A stretch of DNA of 64,000 nucleotides from Histomonas meleagridis 2922-C6/04-290x (GCA_020184695.1 JAANOX010000218.1:248001-312000); one strand, 5' to 3'; shown: positions 11,468-23,541, counted from the first letter of the stretch. A program made the numbers and translations. The notes: a model not told the origin generated them from the sequence alone.

Positions 11468-12847
11468 ATGGGAAAAAAGAATAATCCATTATTCCAGAGA
11501 CTTACTGGTTCTGATCCAATGGCAAGCATTGATCTCTCCGAAAGTGGGGAATCTACAATGGTACTTGATAAACATGGACTTCCAATTGATACATCTGAAC
11601 ACAAAGAGGAAGATGAATATTCAGATGGAGATGAAACAGGAGAAGCCCCAAAAATGAATGCATTCCAAGTTCTTTGTAATATGCTTGCCTCTTTATTAGG
11701 TGCTGGTATTTTAAGTGTTCCTCATTCATTTCTTAATTCCGGATTAGTCCCATCACTAATTCTTCTTGTTCTTATTGCGGCTCTTTCATACATTTCTACA
11801 CACTTAACAATTAAGCTTCAGTATCGTCTTCATGGAGAGGGTCTAGCTGATCTTGCATCATCAGCTCTCGGTAAATTTGGATCCATTTCCATTTCTTTAT
11901 TTTCAATGTTATTTTGTATATCTGCCATGGTTGCGTATTTAGTTCTTGCATCTAGTAATGTAATTTCTTGGCTTGAAGCTGTCAATCTCAAGATCGACAC
12001 CACTTGGAAGCGTGCCTTATTAGTATTTATTAATTCCATGGCGATACCAATTGCAATGACATTACCACGTTCTATGGCCTTTTTAGGTAAGTTATCATTT
12101 CTTTCACCCATTTGTATCGGTTTTTATGTTATTGTTATGATTATCAAAGCGGCCACAATAATTCCCAAACAAAATCCAAAGCCCCAAATCCTCATCTCTA
12201 AGATCGACATGGGTCTCTTTTCATCCATCTCAGTATATGGCTTATCCTTTGCTTTGCCAGCTGTTGTTTTACCATTAATCAAACCGATGGTCAAAAATTC
12301 CCAAAAGCGCACACGCGTTAGCTTGTTAGCCATTGGGATTTGTTTTATCTTTGTTGTCTTATCAGGACTATTAGGATATTTCATGTTTGGTCCAGATACA
12401 CAATCAATCATATTAGATTCATTTGACTCCAAGGATGTTTTAATGATCATAGTTCGAGTTGGCTTTTACATAGCTGTGTCCATAAGTTATCCATCCGTGT
12501 CACAGAGCTTGTTAGCGTCATGGAGCGCGTTGATATTCGGCACCTCGAATCAGGCAGAGTTACCGATACTGAAGCGAAGCTTTGTCCTTTTCATAGGAAA
12601 CGTAATCCCATTGGCTATTGCTATGTTCATGCCAAACGCTTCGCCGGCGCTGTCCATTGGCGGTGCGTTGGGCGGATGCTTGGTCGACTTCTTTTACCCC
12701 GGAATTATATGGTTCAGAACTTCAAAGAAGAAGTGGTACCACATAGAGAACATACTATGCTTGGCTTTGGCTGTGTTCGGTTTGGTCTCCGCTGGTATTG
12801 CGACATATCAGGCAGTCGTCGACGCAATCGCTTCGTTCTCTTCATAA
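11468..12847 (+). CDS. Amino-acid transporter (Aa_trans/AAAP family)
   Basis: 'CNMLASLLGAGILSVPHSF' is the TM1 signature; about 11 hydrophobic segments. Confidence 0.9.
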   Translation: MGKKNNPLFQRLTGSDPMASIDLSESGESTMVLDKHGLPIDTSEHKEEDEYSDGDETGEAPKMNAFQVLCNMLASLLGAGILSVPHSFLNSGLVPSLILLVLIAALSYISTHLTIKLQYRLHGEGLADLASSALGKFGSISISLFSMLFCISAMVAYLVLASSNVISWLEAVNLKIDTTWKRALLVFINSMAIPIAMTLPRSMAFLGKLSFLSPICIGFYVIVMIIKAATIIPKQNPKPQILISKIDMGLFSSISVYGLSFALPAVVLPLIKPMVKNSQKRTRVSLLAIGICFIFVVLSGLLGYFMFGPDTQSIILDSFDSKDVLMIIVRVGFYIAVSISYPSVSQSLLASWSALIFGTSNQAELPILKRSFVLFIGNVIPLAIAMFMPNASPALSIGGALGGCLVDFFYPGIIWFRTSKKKWYHIENILCLALAVFGLVSAGIATYQAVVDAIASFSS

Positions 12848-13295
12848 AGAAAGTAAATATGTTTTGGCAAAACTTGAAATTTTGTGGTTGTGCGAAAGAT
12901 TAAACAAAACAAATAAATGTTTTAATATAGATAAAGTTTATTATTTCTTTCATGTGAACGAATTCTTGATATCAAATATGGTATCGTTAAATAATGTTTG
13001 CATAATCATGCACTCCGACAAAATTATGATAATCGAATTTAATAATAAAAACAAATATGATATCATGTACATTTATATCTTTTTGGTATATTAGATAAGG
13101 CCCAAAGTTACAGTTGGGATGTTAATCAGCGATTTGCGCATCATCTCGATTTTTGTTTGCTTTACAAGTTCCCTGAAAATAAATGCCTCAAAATTCTGAG
13201 TAAACTTTGTCTGTTCAATGTTTTACAATAACCGTATATATTTTCAATATGATATAGAGTAAAACGTGAAGTGTGAACGTTAAGGGTTATTAGTG

Positions 13296-14687
13296 ATGCA
13301 ATTGCAAAGCAACTACAAACTCCAAACGAAAAAACCTCCACAATCAATAATCAGCTACAGTCGTGAAATTCAATCCAGCAACATCGAAAGCAATCGTGAT
13401 ATTGCGCATGAAAAAGTTGCCGAGCTTCTTCAAATGATGATCAAATCCATCGATGAAAATGATGGGAATTTACAACTTCACAGTATTCGCGAATGTACGC
13501 GTTTGTTTCAAGAAAATGGAGAAGGACTACAAGATTTCTATGGAGTCATATCCAAAAGTCAAATTGTTCCAACTCTTTATCATAATGCTGTTTCATATCA
13601 AGACAAATTATTTCTACGTGAGGCCACCCTAAATTTTCTTAATGTGTTAGTACAACTCAATTCTAATTTTTCGAATCTTTTTTCACATTCAGATTTTATT
13701 CGTACAATATCGTTACAGGTTCTTAATCCCCAAATCAAGGATGCACCGTTAGCCATTGAACTTCTTTCTAACATCATTCGTTATGGTAATCCGAAAAATT
13801 TTGAATTAGTATCTGAACTAATTCCACTTGATTTTATATTAACTAATGCCACCACAACAGAAGAAGAATCCTTACGGCATAGTCTTCTCTATCTCCTTCA
13901 TAATTTCACCCAAAACAAATTATCTGATGAAGCACTTTTTCGAATTGTTTCATTTACACATGAAATCTTCGAAAGTGATTCATTTACGCAAAGAATCTGT
14001 ATCAACATTTATGAAAGTGTCATCAATAATAGCGATGCATTATTTCCATTTCCCTTTGAGTCACTTAATGAAATCCTTTTTAATGATGACGTCGATGTTA
14101 TAACTGATGTCTTATCATTCATTTCAGCATATTACGCACGTAAGAAATCGGAATATCCATTTAGTTTCCAACGGATAATCGAAATGATCCTCGACAAAAA
14201 TTTCGAACTTGACCTCAAAAGGAAAGCCGCATTTGCATTAAGAAGAATGCTCGAAAATGATTCTGATATTGTCGAATCATTAAATGGCTCAAAACAATTA
14301 AATGAATTACTCGATTTCTTTGATTGTTCAGAGTATTGGGTGAAAGTACATTTGGGATTCGGGATTTGCGCTTCAGTATCTCATACAACGCATATAAATA
14401 TCGCACGATATGTCGAAAATAGGGTTTCGATCTTCGACGTTTCAAGAGAAATTTTGGAATTCCAAAACTTCAATTTGTCGATGGCCGTTTTTAAGGCATT
14501 TTTCCACATGTTCGAATTGGGAAGAAATAGAAAAGAGTTGTACTCGAAGTTGGTAGAAAAGTTTATGTTGGTTTTCCCTGATGATATGATTTGGAATTAT
14601 ATAAATGTGGAAAATGAAGAGGTCGAACAATTAGGTACACAGTTTGTAAACGAGTTCTTTAATGTGGAAGAAGAAAGTGAAGAATGA
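13296..14687 (+). CDS. ARM/HEAT-repeat hypothetical protein
   Basis: ATG at 13296, long helical ORF, acidic C-terminus as in importin-alpha-like proteins. Confidence 0.6.
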   Translation: MQLQSNYKLQTKKPPQSIISYSREIQSSNIESNRDIAHEKVAELLQMMIKSIDENDGNLQLHSIRECTRLFQENGEGLQDFYGVISKSQIVPTLYHNAVSYQDKLFLREATLNFLNVLVQLNSNFSNLFSHSDFIRTISLQVLNPQIKDAPLAIELLSNIIRYGNPKNFELVSELIPLDFILTNATTTEEESLRHSLLYLLHNFTQNKLSDEALFRIVSFTHEIFESDSFTQRICINIYESVINNSDALFPFPFESLNEILFNDDVDVITDVLSFISAYYARKKSEYPFSFQRIIEMILDKNFELDLKRKAAFALRRMLENDSDIVESLNGSKQLNELLDFFDCSEYWVKVHLGFGICASVSHTTHINIARYVENRVSIFDVSREILEFQNFNLSMAVFKAFFHMFELGRNRKELYSKLVEKFMLVFPDDMIWNYINVENEEVEQLGTQFVNEFFNVEEESEE

Positions 14688-14900
14688 AGTTGTTTTTGTT
14701 TGAATAAAATTTGTTTGTAAATAAATATCATTATAATAAAAAGTACAAATTAATATGGACGTAACTCATTGTGATTCAAGTATATGAGTTAGTTTGTTTG
14801 CTTGCAAATTTACGCATTAAAATTTCATCTTTTGCAAGAATAAAATTTTGAATTGAAAACGATTATTTTTGCTTCAAAGTTAACTTTCGAATACGTTTTT

Positions 14901-16409
14901 ATGGAAGAAGAAGTTTCTGGTATTAATCCTGATAAAAATGTGGATGTTTCAACAAATTCAGATATGATGATTAAAAGTAAATGTGAAAGTAATTTAGAAG
15001 AGAGCGACAAAACTAATGAATTTCAATTTAATGAAAATCAAATAGATGAAGAAGGCAAAAACGATTTACTTTTACAAATTGAAACACTAACTGAGGAATG
15101 TGATTATTATCATAATCAACTTTCTTTAGAACGAAAACAAAATGAAGAATTAAGACAAAAACTTTTTGAAGTCGAAAAACGCTGTCGAAATTTATCAGAT
15201 GAAATTGAATCACAAAAGATATTAAATGATGAAAATTCAAAAGTTTCGACACCAAATGCAATTGAAATTGATTCTCTTCGTAATCTCACAATTAAGCTTC
15301 AAAGTTCGAATGTTTCGCTCCAAGGGAAACTTGATGAAAAAGAACAGAAATATTTATCATTACAAGAGCAATTTAATCAACTTCAAAAAGAGTATTTACA
15401 ATTCCAAAAAGAAGTCGAAAATGTATCAAATGAAAATAATCAATTAAAAACACAACAAAAAGAAACTGAAACAACAATTTCTAATTACAAGAACATCATT
15501 GTTTCACATGAATTAAAAGAAAACGAATATAAATCCGAATTAAAGCAACTTAAAATCGAAAATGAGACAAAACTAATTGAAATTGATTCATTAAAGAACA
15601 AAATTAATGAAATGCAAAACGAAATCGAAAGACATAAAATTCACGTAACTGAATTGAATCAAATTATATCGGAAAAAGATAATAAATATTCACAATTACA
15701 AACAAATAATGAAACATTAAATCAAAACATTAATGAATTGAATCAAATAATTAATGATAATAATATTAAAATCAATTCATTAACACAACAAAATCTGTTA
15801 ATTGCAAAACAAAAGCAAAAACTCGAATTAGAAAACAATAAAAACTCAAATAAAAATTTGGAATTAATTGTTCAACATGAAAATATATTAAATCAATTTA
15901 ATTCTCTTAAAGAAGAACTTATAAATTTACAAAATATCAAAAAAGATACAAAAGATAAACAAATACAAAAAGAAAAAGAAAATGAATTAATGAAAGAACA
16001 AATAGAAAAGTTGAAAAAAGAAAAAAATAATTTCATGTTTCAATTGGAAGAACAAAAGAAATATCAAAAATATCAAATCGATCAACTCGAGAAAGAAAAT
16101 GAATCTCTAAGAAAGAAAATAGTAAAACATAATTCTGATGTTCTCGAAGGAGTGGAAAAGAGCGAAATGGTAAACGAAATGATTACTGCAATGGTATGTA
16201 ATGCAACAAGCGGAGGAAATAATGAAATTGTTGAAAAACTTAAACAAAAAATCGAAAAACTTAAGTTGGAAATTAAGAATGAGAAAGAGGGAAATAAGAG
16301 AATGGAAACGATCATTGACGAGTTGCGCAATGAAAATGAGAAATTAAAAACAACGAATACAGAATGGAAAGGAATAGAAGCATTTTTTGAAATGCAAACT
16401 CCTTTTTAA
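14901..16409 (+). CDS. Long coiled-coil protein
   Basis: First ATG at 14901; E/K/Q/N-rich heptads. Confidence 0.8.
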   Translation: MEEEVSGINPDKNVDVSTNSDMMIKSKCESNLEESDKTNEFQFNENQIDEEGKNDLLLQIETLTEECDYYHNQLSLERKQNEELRQKLFEVEKRCRNLSDEIESQKILNDENSKVSTPNAIEIDSLRNLTIKLQSSNVSLQGKLDEKEQKYLSLQEQFNQLQKEYLQFQKEVENVSNENNQLKTQQKETETTISNYKNIIVSHELKENEYKSELKQLKIENETKLIEIDSLKNKINEMQNEIERHKIHVTELNQIISEKDNKYSQLQTNNETLNQNINELNQIINDNNIKINSLTQQNLLIAKQKQKLELENNKNSNKNLELIVQHENILNQFNSLKEELINLQNIKKDTKDKQIQKEKENELMKEQIEKLKKEKNNFMFQLEEQKKYQKYQIDQLEKENESLRKKIVKHNSDVLEGVEKSEMVNEMITAMVCNATSGGNNEIVEKLKQKIEKLKLEIKNEKEGNKRMETIIDELRNENEKLKTTNTEWKGIEAFFEMQTPF

Positions 16410-16492
16410 CAGAATGTAAGTAAATATATTTGTTTTATTGATATTATTTTATTTAGTTTGGTCATCAAAGTTCCATGCAGAAAAATAATGGA

Positions 16493-16528
16493 GATCAATG
16501 ACTAAGAGGAAGTTAAAAACGTAACTTT
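16493..16528 (+). repeat. Direct repeat copy 1 flanking the Ras-like gene
   Basis: GATCAATGACT--AAGAGGAAGTTAAAAACGTAACTTT versus 17492-17529 GATCAATGACTATAAGAGTAAGTTAAAAACGTCACTTT. Confidence 0.75.
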
Positions 16529-16591
16529 TATGATAAAAATTTGTTTTTTATGAAGATTGTTGATTAATTTTATCAAAGAATCGCAGAATTT

Positions 16592-17170
16592 TCATTGGAC
16601 ATTGCATACTTCTTTGCGTTTTGCGAGTTTAGGAACTTTAGGTTCATCTTCAATTCCGTTATATTTGAGATATTCTTTTACAGCTGTTTCGAAAAGTTCA
16701 ATGACTCCCTGTCCTGTCTTAGCAGATGCCTCAACATATCGAACTCCTAATTGTTCTGCAAGCGCTTTTCCTTCTTCACTTTTAATAATACGTTCATTTT
16801 CTAAGTCAATTTTATTTGCACATATAACACATGGAAAATGATCACTGTCTTTGTATCTACAAATTGTATTATAAATATCATTGATTAATTCAAAAGAATA
16901 ATGATCATTAACTGAATAAACGAGAACAAAACAATCATAACTTCTAACAAATTGAGGACGTAGGTAATTAACTTCCATTCCAGGTATATTTAAAAGGTTT
17001 AATGTGTACTGTTTGTTATTAAATGTAATGTTTTTTTTGTAACAATCGCAAATTTTTGGCTCATATTCATCACTAAACTTGTCTTGAACCATACGCAATA
17101 TCAAATAGAATTTTCCAACACAATCCCCACCAAAAAATGCTATTTTGATTGTTTCCGTTGGTTCGTTCAT
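16592..17170 (-). CDS. Ras-family small GTPase (divergent)
   Basis: G1 GGDCVGKF, effector loop DEYEPKI, G4 NKID, G5 EASAK, CaaX CNVQ. Confidence 0.9.
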   Translation of the reverse strand: MNEPTETIKIAFFGGDCVGKFYLILRMVQDKFSDEYEPKICDCYKKNITFNNKQYTLNLLNIPGMEVNYLRPQFVRSYDCFVLVYSVNDHYSFELINDIYNTICRYKDSDHFPCVICANKIDLENERIIKSEEGKALAEQLGVRYVEASAKTGQGVIELFETAVKEYLKYNGIEDEPKVPKLAKRKEVCNVQ

Positions 17171-17491
17171 GAAATTTGTAAAATTTTCAAATTTAGCATT
17201 GAATTTTAAACAGGAGGATCAACTCTTTTTTAAATGAAAATATCTCCTTTTATTATGATTTATTTTACTTTGATATAGCTTACTTAGAATGAAGTTACCA
17301 AGTATAATATTATATTAATATCAAAAGTCTTTTTATTTTCACTTTTTTGAGAAAAAATTTTGAAATGCTTTTCCATTTTTTAAATATTATCAGTAGTGTG
17401 CTCAAGTACGTAATGTGTGCAATTATTACAAATATTAAAAAATAGAAATAATATTTCTACTCATGCGGTAGCATAAAGAGCTTTCAGAAAT

Positions 17492-17529
17492 GATCAATGA
17501 CTATAAGAGTAAGTTAAAAACGTCACTTT
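17492..17529 (+). repeat. Direct repeat copy 2; includes an Inr-like TCACTTT
   Basis: Matches 16493-16528 with 2 substitutions and a 2-nt indel. Confidence 0.75.
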
Positions 17530-17728
17530 TCAATTGTGTTTCAATACAAATAATTTCGCCTAAAATATTCTATGGAAATAAAAATGATATATACTGTGCG
17601 AGGGTTTGGGTGTAAACGGTTTTTATTATGTGAAACGCACGTTAATTATAGTAGTGAAATATTTAACAATAATTGTCAATATTTTTAGGTAAAAATTGAC
17701 AAGCTTTGTCTGGTTAACTTATAAACAA

Positions 17729-18886
17729 ATGAGCGAAGCTTTAAAAATATACAAGAAAAAGCTTACCGAAGCCAATGAACTTGATCAACAAGTCAAAAAC
17801 CTTGCTAAAGAAGTAGCTGAATTACGTAAAAAACATGCTGAAAGTGAACGTGCATTCAATTCTCTTCAATCAGTTGGTCAAATTGTTGGTGAAGTTCTTC
17901 GTCCTCTTGATGATGAACGCTATATTGTCAAAACAGTATCAGGTACTCGTTATGTTGTTGGTGTTCGTTCACGTCTTGATCATTCACTTCTTACAAATGG
18001 TCGTCGTGTAGCTTTAGACATTGCCACACACACTATCATGCATGCACTTCCCAGAGAAGTTGATCCTGCTGTTCATCACATGTCTGCAGAAGATCCAGGC
18101 GATGTCGAATATTCCGATATTGGAGGTCTAGGCGATCAACTAAATGAAATTCGTGAAATCATTGAATTGCCACTTAAGAATCCAGGCATTTTCAAGCGCG
18201 TAGGCATACCAGCTCCCAAAGGTGCGCTATTATATGGTCCACCGGGCACTGGGAAAACACTTATTGCGCGTGCAATTGCATCTAACACCAAAGCTAAATT
18301 TCTCAAAGTTGTTGCCACCTCATTATTTGATCGCTATGTCGGAGAATCAGCACGAATTGTTCGAGAGATGTTTGCGTATGCACGTGAAAACCAGCCATGT
18401 ATTATATTTATTGACGAAATTGATGCTCTTGGCGGTAAACGACTTGAAGAAGGCTCATCAACTGATCGCGAAGTTCAACGTACGCTTATGGAGTTGCTAG
18501 CGCAAATGGATGGCTTCCAGTCCACGTCACAAGTCAAAGTTATCATGGCCACCAATCGACCAGATATTCTTGATCCAGCATTATTGCGACCAGGCCGATT
18601 GGACCGAAAGATCGAAATCCCATTACCCAACGAACAATCTCGGTACGAGATACTGCGAATCCACGCGAAGCCTTTGACCACTGATGGCGACATCGATTTC
18701 GAGGCGATCGTTAAACTGTCAGAAGGCTTCAACGGCGCCGACTTGAGGAACGTGTGCACAGAGGCGGGGCTGTTCGCGCTGAGAGATGAAAGAGATGTAA
18801 TTATGAACGAGGACTTCATTAAGGCTGTCAGAACAGTCAAACAAAGCAAGGGAATGGAATCAACATTGCATTACGAAAAGGTTTAA
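17729..18886 (+). CDS. RPT4: 26S proteasome AAA-ATPase subunit Rpt4
   Basis: [15 protein letters not shown], Walker A GPPGTGKT, Walker B IIFIDEID, '[12 protein letters not shown]', '[16 protein letters not shown]'. Confidence 0.93.
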   Translation: MSEALKIYKKKLTEANELDQQVKNLAKEVAELRKKHAESERAFNSLQSVGQIVGEVLRPLDDERYIVKTVSGTRYVVGVRSRLDHSLLTNGRRVALDIATHTIMHALPREVDPAVHHMSAEDPGDVEYSDIGGLGDQLNEIREIIELPLKNPGIFKRVGIPAPKGALLYGPPGTGKTLIARAIASNTKAKFLKVVATSLFDRYVGESARIVREMFAYARENQPCIIFIDEIDALGGKRLEEGSSTDREVQRTLMELLAQMDGFQSTSQVKVIMATNRPDILDPALLRPGRLDRKIEIPLPNEQSRYEILRIHAKPLTTDGDIDFEAIVKLSEGFNGADLRNVCTEAGLFALRDERDVIMNEDFIKAVRTVKQSKGMESTLHYEKV

Positions 18887-19500
18887 ATAAATGAAAATAT
18901 ATTTGTGACACTTAAAGCGCTTTAATTACATTTGGGAGCGATTTAATAATTTTACTGAAGCTGTGCGAATTTGGTGATAAAGAAAACGATACATTTAATT
19001 TGTTCGATTTTAACATAAAAAACAAACAATTTTTTTATTTTTTTTTTTATTTAGAGATATTTTCGATGGTGTTTTAACATGGCTGATAGAAATTGGAGCA
19101 AAATGCATTAATGTATCTATCGATGTTTACACCACTTTGAAAATATCTAAAGTTTTACATGCAGATATGCATAGTTGAAATTTGAAATTAAACCAAAATG
19201 TTGATGCTTAAACTAAAGCATATGGTCACTATTTTAATTATTGTTTTGTTTGGCGACCGTTATTAGCTTAAGCGGTTATTGACCTAAGCGACCGTTAGTT
19301 TAACGTTCGTTGTTAAGTCAATTGAAAAAGTTTGGCTTAACTTCATAATAAGGTGTAATTGGAAGAAAATTGATGGAGTTCCATCTTTTTGCATAATTGC
19401 AAATATTTCGTGAGAAATCATGAATAATATGTTGGTCAATTCCAACAAGCTATTTTTGATCGTAGCTATTTTGTGTGGATTTTTGTATAGGGTATTTTTT

Positions 19501-19524
19501 TGTGTGTGTGTGTGTGTGTGTGTG
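19501..19524. repeat. (TG)12 microsatellite
   Basis: Seen directly, 12 nt downstream of the IBD gene stop. Confidence 0.95.
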
Positions 19525-19536
19525 TTTAGCAATAAA

Positions 19537-20889
19537 TCAGAAAATCGGAAAATCAATTTCATTGTTTTCGCCATTATCTGTTTCATCTTCATCATTTATC
19601 ATAATATCAGCAGTTACTCTCATTAACGTCATTCTTTCTACAGGATATCCTTGCATAGAAGGAAATTTCAAATTAAATTTGCATATCATAGTTTTCCAGT
19701 CAGGAGCCTTTATGTAGCTGCCCTTCGCTTCTGAGAGTAGCGTTTGTTTATCACTAGCCAATGGATCGAATATAATATATGTTCCCATAAATTTATTGGG
19801 TCCAGATCCTCTTTTTATCAGTGTGAAACAATTCTTGTAATTGGAAGACATCTTAACCAACCAATGAATCCTTTTTTGGTTCATATAGTTAGTTGATGTA
19901 TTTAGATCAACAGAAGGTAAAAACCATGGTGCGTAACATGGAGAGATTATAGATGGTGATGATGGTGGTGATGGATCTAGTATATATTCAAACAGTTCAT
20001 CACTGCAACAAGCATTGGTCGGTGTAAAGTTGTGAAAACCATCGTCACCGTTAACGTTGTAACTGATTTCAAAGACACTTTTTGCAATTTGATTCAAAAA
20101 GCCGAATCTGAGTTCGAATTCAACGAAGCCGATGAAGGTGACAGTGCCCGAGTACTGAGAAGAGCCGCTGCTCCCAAATAGCAAGTCATTTATGTTGCAT
20201 TCGATGAGTTCCCAATTTTTTTGACATTCCGAATCATCAGTATTCTCAAATATTGCTTGAATAAAATCTGACGATTTGACTTCAGTAGCATTTGGTGGTG
20301 AGAATTGTATCCAATCTCGAGTGGCTAGATAAAGGAACTTCAGCTTCCATTCATTGCTCATTTCTTTAATTTCACGTTCCATTAATGTTTGCAATCTTCG
20401 TAGAATATCTTCATCGATGAGAATGTTTGCCGTTTTAGAAGGTATAAGGTTGTAGCTTGGGCGACATTCATCAATAGGAATAGAGAATGCTTCTTCCTCA
20501 GTGGTTTCTCGGGTAAATTGATAATGAGTATTATATCTTTTCGACCAATTCTTGAGATCAGAAAGTTGCATGCTTTTGAATTCCTCTAACAGTTCCAATG
20601 AGTTTTTGTCAACAATTCTGAAAAAATGTGTTCGAAAATTTGTATTGATGGTATTCGGCCTGAGATCCAAAAAAGTCGCCAGTATCTGCGCATTAACAAT
20701 AAAGTGATAGCCATCGCTACACCATATTGCACCGGTATATTGAATGTCATTTGGTGATTTCGATGTGAATTGCAAAATTCGCCATAGTTTAACAACGAAT
20801 TTCATTTTAGGATCGGGTGTACACCCAAACAGTATGTTCCTGATTTCACTGAGACGTGACCCATTTCCAGCCTGGTTGCTTGGCTTCAT
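19537..20889 (-). CDS. Initiator-binding-domain (IBP39-like IBD) protein
   Basis: 'FVVKLWRILQF...GAIWCSDGYHFIVNAQILATFLDLRPNTINTNFR' matches the parabasalid IBD pattern FxxKL..W..F..N..NTxNxNF. Confidence 0.8.
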   Translation of the reverse strand: MKPSNQAGNGSRLSEIRNILFGCTPDPKMKFVVKLWRILQFTSKSPNDIQYTGAIWCSDGYHFIVNAQILATFLDLRPNTINTNFRTHFFRIVDKNSLELLEEFKSMQLSDLKNWSKRYNTHYQFTRETTEEEAFSIPIDECRPSYNLIPSKTANILIDEDILRRLQTLMEREIKEMSNEWKLKFLYLATRDWIQFSPPNATEVKSSDFIQAIFENTDDSECQKNWELIECNINDLLFGSSGSSQYSGTVTFIGFVEFELRFGFLNQIAKSVFEISYNVNGDDGFHNFTPTNACCSDELFEYILDPSPPSSPSIISPCYAPWFLPSVDLNTSTNYMNQKRIHWLVKMSSNYKNCFTLIKRGSGPNKFMGTYIIFDPLASDKQTLLSEAKGSYIKAPDWKTMICKFNLKFPSMQGYPVERMTLMRVTADIMINDEDETDNGENNEIDFPIF

Positions 20890-21369
20890 TTTTTCCTGTG
20901 ATCTTGAGAAATTCTTTAAAAATGTTTTTTAGTGGATCAGTTATCAGTCAAAAAAATAGTTTTATATGAATTTTCAATATAACCGTTAAAAATATAACCA
21001 AGTTCTTATTGAAAACAGATTGAACATACATATATAATTTTTTGAAATTACTATCGTTCGGGAAACAACCATAGATTTTAAAAGTGAAACATTCCCTAAA
21101 AAGTGGCCTATTTGCGCGCCAAGCTTGAAATCGTTCTCCAAAAAATTGATGTATAACCGTCTATCGTTCATTTTTCAATATATAAACCGGGTATTTCAGT
21201 GCGGCAGTTAAAAATTGATAAAGTTGTTGTAATACATTGAAAAAAAAAATTAGTATATTCTGTCTTATAATCATATGATTTGCATTGAGCGACATTTAAA
21301 ATGATCGGAAATAGTGATATGCTCCTCATTGGAAGAGGTCAATTTTCGATACAGTTGTTACTCTGTTCA

Positions 21370-21775
21370 ATTTTCGATTTTATGCCTGGGAGCGGCACTA
21401 TTTGGTTTAATGTGCAATTAATTTACGAATCCTTTAACAGGGTTTTCCTCCATTTTTTTACGTTCATTTCCAATTTTAATCATATGGTAAATCTGTGATT
21501 AATTTTCTCTTTCATAATTAATCTCGAGTTTTGTAATGGGTTGTGTTTTGGATTATATAATATCAATTATTTTTGTCTCTTCTCATTTTGATAAAATGAA
21601 GCTAATTAATGATGTTAGCCAATTCATGTATCTAAGGACATTCTATGAAACTAATGAATGGTGCGTTCATCATAGCTATTGAAAAATTTATTTGGGATTT
21701 TTACTCCTGGAAAATAGGGAGTCTGAAACATAAAAATCTAATTATCTCATTTCTATTAAATATGATTTGAATTAA
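21370..21775. repeat. Segmental duplication copy A (contains the empty site of the transposon)
   Basis: Aligns by eye with 23610-23962 joined to 26052-26105 (shared CTTTAACAGGGTTTTCCTCCATTTTTT, CATAGCTATTGAAAAATTTATTT, ACATAAAAATCTA); looks like a degenerate coding remnant. Confidence 0.8.
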
Positions 21776-21881
21776 TTCGAATAACTTTAATTAAAAAGGA
21801 AGTTAATAAATTTTGAATTTAAATAAAGTAAAGGAAATTCAAATATTTGAATGAAAAAATGTTATAGCATTTTTGATTTTT

Positions 21882-23541
21882 TTAATGATTTTGATATTTC
21901 TTAATATCAGTGCATCTGCTTTGTTCTTCTTGGTTAGCAATAGATCTAAAAAGTTCAAAAGCACTTTCCCAATTTGTATTAGAGAGCATAGTTTTAAATC
22001 ATTACAAAAAAAACCATATATTATATTTAAATATTGAAATAAATCAAACAAACTCATCTTTAACGTTAGGGTTAATTCCTTTTTGTTCAAGAAGTATCTT
22101 AACGATGTCTGCACGATGTTTTTCTGAAGCTTTAATTAATGCTGTTTTAAATATTTTTAATAAATTCCAAATTTTATTTTGAAATAATATTAAATTAAAA
22201 TATGTTACTAATAAACAAAAAAAATATTTTTGAGATTTAGATCAATTCCTTCATGCTTTATAAGTAATTTAACTATTTCTATGTGACCGTTAGTTACTGC
22301 TTTCATTAACGCAGTTTCAAATATTTTAATTAATTTTTATAAATTACTTTGAAATATAAGCTTAAATGTATGAGAAAATCTAAATAAAATAAATAAATAT
22401 CTTGAATATTGACATCAATTCCTTCTTGTTCAAGAAGTAATTTTACTATTTCTGTATGTCCATTTTCAGATGCTAGAATTAGCGCTGTACGAAATAATTT
22501 GAATTGTTATAAAATATTATATTGAAATATCAAATTATTAAAACAAATATCAAACAAAACAATTAAATATCTTTAGCGTTAATATCAATTCCTTCTTTCT
22601 CTAGAAATAATTTGACTAATTCTGTGTGACCTTTTTCAGATGCACAAATTAATGCTGTTCCAACCATATGGTTAAAAACAATGAATCTACCAGAACAACA
22701 ACTCAAGTTAATATCTTTTTGTTCTAGTAACAATTTTACGATTTCAATATTACCATTTATAGAAGCTCTCATAAGAGCTGTTCTAAAAATTTCATATATA
22801 TTCCAAATATATCTTATAAGCATTACAAAATTATTTTAATAAATATCCTTAATATTTATATCAATTCCTTCATGTCTAAGGAGTAATTTGACTATCTCTA
22901 TGTAATTTTTATCACATGCAAGTATAAGTGCTGTATGAATTTTTTTTAAAAATCTCCACAAATTATTTGGAAACATAGAGTTATTTGCTTAAGGAACAAA
23001 ACAAATAATAAAATACTTTTTATATTGACATCAATTCCTTTTTGCTCTAGAAGCATTTTAACTATTTCCGTGTGACCGTTTTCTAATGCATAAATGAGTG
23101 CTGTTATAAGTATTTTATTGACTCCCCAAACATGTGTATGAAATACTAAATTCATTAATCAAAAATTCAACAAAAAATATAAACATTTTTTACATTGACA
23201 TCAATTCCAGGTTTCTCAAGAAGTAGTTTTGCAATTTCAATATTGCCTACAGCCGAAACAATCATTAGTGGTGTTTTAAAAAAATATATAAAATATCAAA
23301 AACTTCATTAAAAAATCATAATAATTAAAGTAAATATATCCCTTGCATTAACATCGATTCCTCTAAGGAGTAATTTTATAACATCAATTTTTCCATATTC
23401 GATAGCATACGTAAATGCAAGATTATATAAAATAAACAAAATCCGCAATTGATTGAAAAAATTAAACTTTTCATTCGCTTTGATTTTGGATGTCCTTGTG
23501 AGCCATTGAATAAATTCTTCAAATTGCTGTTGAACACTCAT
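21882..23541 (-). CDS. Ankyrin-repeat gene interrupted by 8 AT-rich spacers (array 2)
   Basis: ATG at 23541 (MSVQQQFEEF...LAFTYAIEYGKIDVIKLLLRGIDVNARD); cassettes 23274-23185, 23104-23015, 22934-22845, 22781-22569 (double repeat, no spacer), 22488-22399, 22315-22226, 22145-22056; a tentative non-ankyrin terminal segment 21992-21882. Confidence 0.65.

Noticed and set aside
11380-18849. Antisense and nested ORFs inside the transporter, ARM, coiled-coil and Rpt4 genes
   Set aside because: Shadow ORFs of real genes, with no motifs.
22660-22700. Short 25-nt type intron in the spacer-free ankyrin linker
   Set aside because: A GT and TTAAC are present but there is no AG acceptor at the proper distance, and the frame is already open.
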